Below, piece by piece: positions 59,843 to 64,000 of a stretch of 64,000 nt of DNA. A program made the position numbers and the translations under genes. This DNA comes from Raillietiella orientalis (taxonomy: Eukaryota): positions 1-64,000 of the forward strand of contig JAYWIR010000136.1 in NCBI GenBank assembly GCA_036172245.1, written 5' to 3'. The stretch's first letter is position 1. Every line of letters begins with the position of its first letter. A model generated the notes under the pieces. The model made no database searches. It worked only from the letters and a program-made list of their open reading frames with translations, and had not been told where the DNA came from.

Positions 59843-62800
59843 GTCGAGCGGACGTGTCTTTTCGTTGCTCCTGAGTTTCATTTCCGTTGGTGCTTGTGCG
59901 TGGTGTGGGTGGAGGATTAGGCAGCAATGCCTCATACCAAAACCGGTGAGCATCCGGGGGCGATGACCTCATTGCCCCCGGAGGAGATGGAGGTGGGGGC
60001 TCCCGCATCAGTGGAGGCTTCCGCCAGCATGGATGCGCCCCGGCCCTACCCAGGGCTTGGAACGCCGTGGCTGCGGCACCTACGCCAGCAACTATGGCGG
60101 AAATGCGCGCTTACCTGGAGGAGGGGTATAACCCACCCCTTCTATATAAGGTAGGCGGTTTATATTCTTCCGAGAACGCGCGCGCCTTTTCGCAGGCGAT
60201 GCGCGTTCTCGGTGTACAAAAAGAGGAGCTTCTGGCTATGTCCGTCAGAAGCGGGGATCAATTTGTGGAAGTTATCTGCAAGAAGGTAACTCTTGCGCAG
60301 AGACTTCTGCGAACCCCCGTCATTAAGGGCAGCCGGAGGCTTCTCCGCATTACTACAGACCGGTCGTTGATCATTCACCTGACCGGTATCACGTTACGAA
60401 TGACGAAGGTGGCCGTCCGGAACGGATTAAAAAAATTTGCAACTGTCCACGCGCTGTGGGGAAAGTCTACTCCTTTTGTCGATTACGACGGGGTGCTTGG
60501 CGGCCTGGGTACAGCGCGAGTGACGGTTCGCGAGGGACGTGAGTTTCCCCACAAACTCACCGTCAACGGTGAATCGGTTGACGTATGGTACGTAGGAAAA
60601 CCCAAGTTTTGCGCCTGCTGCAGCAGCTTTGGCCACCTTAAAATGAGGTGTCCGAGCGTGCAGTGCCAGCAATGCAAAAAAGCGGGGCACACCCGTATGG
60701 TGTGCACCCAAAACACAGTCCGCGTCGTGTCCGCGAAAAACGCGAGAAAGCGCGCGGCTAAAAAGAGAAAGAAGCTGGCAGCTCGTGCTGCTGCTAAGGA
60801 GGTCACCTCCGCCACCAAGGCGAAGGCCAGCCCCGAGACCCCGGCGAAAACCGCCGAAAAGGTCGAGGGCGAGGGTCAAGAGCCAGGGTGGCAAAAGGTC
60901 GACCCCAAGAAAAAATTCCATAAGAAGGGAAAGAACGTGGCGAAACGGAGCGAAACCGCTCTGCAACGCGAAAAAATTAAAAGCTGCTGCGTCGTTGTAG
61001 AGCGGATTTCCGCCATCGACGAATGCGGCGCTAAAGAACTCGCCGCTGCCCCTGCTCAACCCTCCGTTGACAAAGTCCACAAGGAGGGGAGCGAGACGGC
61101 GGCTTCCGTCATCGAGCCCACGCTCGATGACGTCGCCTTCGAGAGCGCCGCGGAGAAGCTGGCTCTCTCGTTGCAGCCGGTTGCCCCCAAGTCTGGCAAT
61201 CCGGGTCGTCCAGCTTGCTGGACGACCAGGGCCGGGAATGTTCGTCCCCGGCGTCGGTACGGCATCTCGTGCGGAGTTATTATTTCTCCCTTTACGCCAG
61301 GGCGCCCCCGGATCAAGATGCCTCTCGGCTCTTGCTTCCGGATGGTGCCCCGGCAATAGGGGGGGAGGAGTGGTTAAGCCTCGATGAACCTTTTACCACC
61401 GGCGAAATTCTCGCCGGTATCAAAAGGCTCAAGAGGCGGAAAGCTACAAGGGAAGACGGCCTTCCCGCGGAGTTCTAACAGAGCTTCGCGGAAGAACTGG
61501 CACCCCTACTGCTTCAGCTGACAAGGCTGATCCGACACGAAGGCGATGTTCCCGCCTCGTTTCGGTCAGCGAGAGTGAGGCTCCTTCTGAAAGGGGGAGA
61601 CCTTAGGAATTTGAACAACTGGCGTCCGATCACGATTGTGAATACGGTCGCCAAGTTGGTTGCCGGGCTATTGGCTTCGCGTCTGGGGCAGGTGGCAGAA
61701 TATATAATTAGCCTGGAGCAGACATATGCTGTTCCCGGGCGAAGTATGGATGCCAACCTCTTCTTCGCGAGCACATGGATGCACGCCCAGAGGTGTCAAA
61801 AGGAAGGGAAAGGAAAAATCGGTAACCCCACTTTAGGGCCGCAAGCAGGGCAGGGAATGGACTCCCGGGCGGGGAAGGGGGCCTTAGCGCTCGCAGTCGA
61901 TCTCCATAAGGCGTTCGACTGTTTTGACCAGGGGCTTTTGCTGGAGCTCCTGGTTCGCATGGGCTTCCCACCCTCCTTGATTACCTACCTGCGCTCTTGC
62001 TGGCGGAATGCGATTATCACCATCTTTTTCAGTAGTCAGAAGGTGTATGGCATGCCGTTGCGGCGAGGCATCAGGCAGGGAGATAGCCTTAGTCCCCTGC
62101 TCTACAGAACCTACTTTGAGTTGGTGCTGAGAGCCTACAGAGTGACTTTGGCCTCCTTGCCGAGATCGTGTCCCGGCACGCCCGCCGTAGAAGCCTTTGC
62201 CAACGACCTTCTGCTCCTGTCACCTATGTCCACCCCGGCTTCGGTGGTCGAGAAGTTCTTCGATCTGCTCAGCCGTGGGACCGGACTGCAGGTCAACAGG
62301 GCGAAGTCGTCGGTGGTGCCAGTAGGTGCGGCGTGGGCAGGGCAGCAGGACTGGGTCCGTCTGGGGATCCCCACGGCGAGGTGCCTCAGGTACCTTGGTG
62401 TGCCGTTGGGTGACTACTCCCCTGCGGAAGCGTGGTCCAGCTGTCTTCAAAAAGTCGAGACGGCGATCGGCCCGTTCCTGGAAGGCAAGTTTCACTTGCC
62501 GGAACGGGCCGCGGTTTGGGACGCCTTCGCGGCCCCCATCCTCCGCCCCTTGCTTTTTGTTTGCCCCGCCCCCAGAGAATGCAAAAAGAGGAAGAAGGAC
62601 CTCCAGAAGATGGGAAGATGTTAAGCGGCTGGACCACAGGAGAACTGGCGGACGCCACGACCCCGAGCGTCCAGCCGCGTGGACTAATGAGATGGGGCGA
62701 GCTGCTCGCCATCCCTACGGATGTGCTGAAGTGGCCCCCGGTACTAAAGGAATCCAGGATCCTGCCCCTTAAGTGGCAAGAGTCGGCGTTGCTACTTCTG

Positions 62801-64000
62801 CACTGGGGTTTACCCTGCAACGCACGCCGCTTTCACTGGACAAGGGGAACTGTGGATCCCGAGTGTGTCAGGTGCGGAGAGCGGGATTCGCTCTCCCACC
62901 TTATTGTGGACTGTGCTGCCATTGGACCCCTCTGGGAACGGTTCGGGGCGACCCTGGGGCTCCCTACGGGCAGCACCCCCAGAGACGTTCTTCGGCCCCT
63001 CTTCGTGAAGGACGCACTGCAGCCAGCCGCAGCCATCGCAGCCTTGTGCTGTGTCCGTGGCATCGTGGCGGCATGGAGCGACGCCAACAAAGAAGGAGTG
63101 GGTCCATACGCGAAGGATGTCATCCCATACGCCCAACGCTTCATGCGGAGAGCTGCCGGATGGCCTCAACTGGGAAATATACGGTCGGACCTCGAGGGCT
63201 TCCTTGAACGAATGGGCCCTCCTCACAGCGGTCAGTGATCCCTTCCCTGCCCTCCAACTTCTTTTTGTATGTTTATTTTTTTATTTTTCTTTTTGTTTTA
63301 TCCCCATCCCCCTTCGCTGCTGAGGAACGCTACGCTGGGCTGCGTCCCGGCGTCCCGGCAGGTCCAGTGCATATGGCCGTGAGCGGGGCCTTGTACCGCG
63401 GATGTAGAGTTTTTTAAAAATAAACGCCTTGGGCGTACCCGGGTGTAAACTCACAAGGCTGGCAAGAAGGCCGTCAGGCGTCCGGCTTCCCCTCTGGAGT
63501 CGGCCACTTCCGACCTCGAGGTGAAGGCCGGAAACACAGCATCCATCTCTGCGGCACCCCGTAAAAAGGCAGGACGAAAGTCCACAATGCCCCAGAAGAT
63601 CGTCTCCCCCGACGAAGGGGAAGAGATAGCTTCCGCAAGCGAGGGTGCCATGAGCGTGGGAAACTCCCGGGACCCGTCGCCCGAGAGAATTCCACGCTCG
63701 GACACGGAAGGGATGGTGAGGATGGAGGCCGAACAGGTACCCCAGGCGCCTGAAGAGGCCTCCGTCCTCGTTCCGATGGTCGTCGTACCGATGGTCCTTT
63801 CCTACACCTGCCCCGCGGCAGGTGCCGCGACGCCACTTTCCCAGCCATAATGCCGGGAATAGCCTCTCGCCGTCGTCTTGTGAGCGCTTGTTGGAACGTG
63901 AACGGGCTAAGCGACGACGGCAAGAGGCGTGACGTAGCCGCCACCCTGGCATCCTTCGACCTGGTGCTGCTGCAGAAGATCCACGTGATCTGTGCAGATC
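59843..64000 (+). mobile_element. Subfamily D element (ORF1 59927-63850, ORF2 from 63850), interrupted at 61200-63453
   Basis: Homologous to 12526-14418; TAATG at 63848-63852. Confidence 0.88.
61200..63453 (+). mobile_element. 5'-truncated subfamily C element inserted in sense, 12-bp TSD with one mismatch
   Basis: caagtctggcaa at 61188-61199 and caaggctggcaa at 63454-63465; RT with YADD changed to FAND; internal deletion near 62610; stop at 63238. Confidence 0.87.

Overview
The whole 64 kb reads as a dense, nested cluster of eukaryotic non-LTR retrotransposons of the L1/Tx1 type. I found no host gene, RNA gene or unique spacer. Each element has an ORF1 with two CX2CX4HX4C zinc knuckles and an ORF2 with an AP endonuclease, a YADD reverse transcriptase and a C-terminal CCHC zinc finger. 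About ten divergent subfamilies (my labels A-K) are inserted into one another as roughly 30 segments, with 13 recognisable 5' ends and 17 recognisable 3' ends. Nearly all ORFs carry stops or frameshifts. One ORF1 is intact (44621-46366) and one ORF2 has a single in-frame stop (50751-54308). Notable properties: (1) the same positions inside the elements are hit repeatedly by insertions, and new copies stack on previous target-site duplications (TSDs); (2) insertions are mostly antisense to their host, and the 3' flank often begins with CG(C); (3) the 3' end has no long poly(A) tail and instead carries AATAAA plus a CCCGG-N5-CCGGG hairpin, downstream of a structured 3' UTR; (4) a GACGTGT motif marks the 5' end; (5) ORF2 starts either by TAATG/TGATG coupling or at near-cognate codons; (6) there is a ~10 kb inverted duplication. 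The architecture resembles self-integrating L1 clusters such as algal Zepp clusters, so it may be centromeric or heterochromatic DNA (inference only). Boundaries were read by eye and may be off by a few bases.
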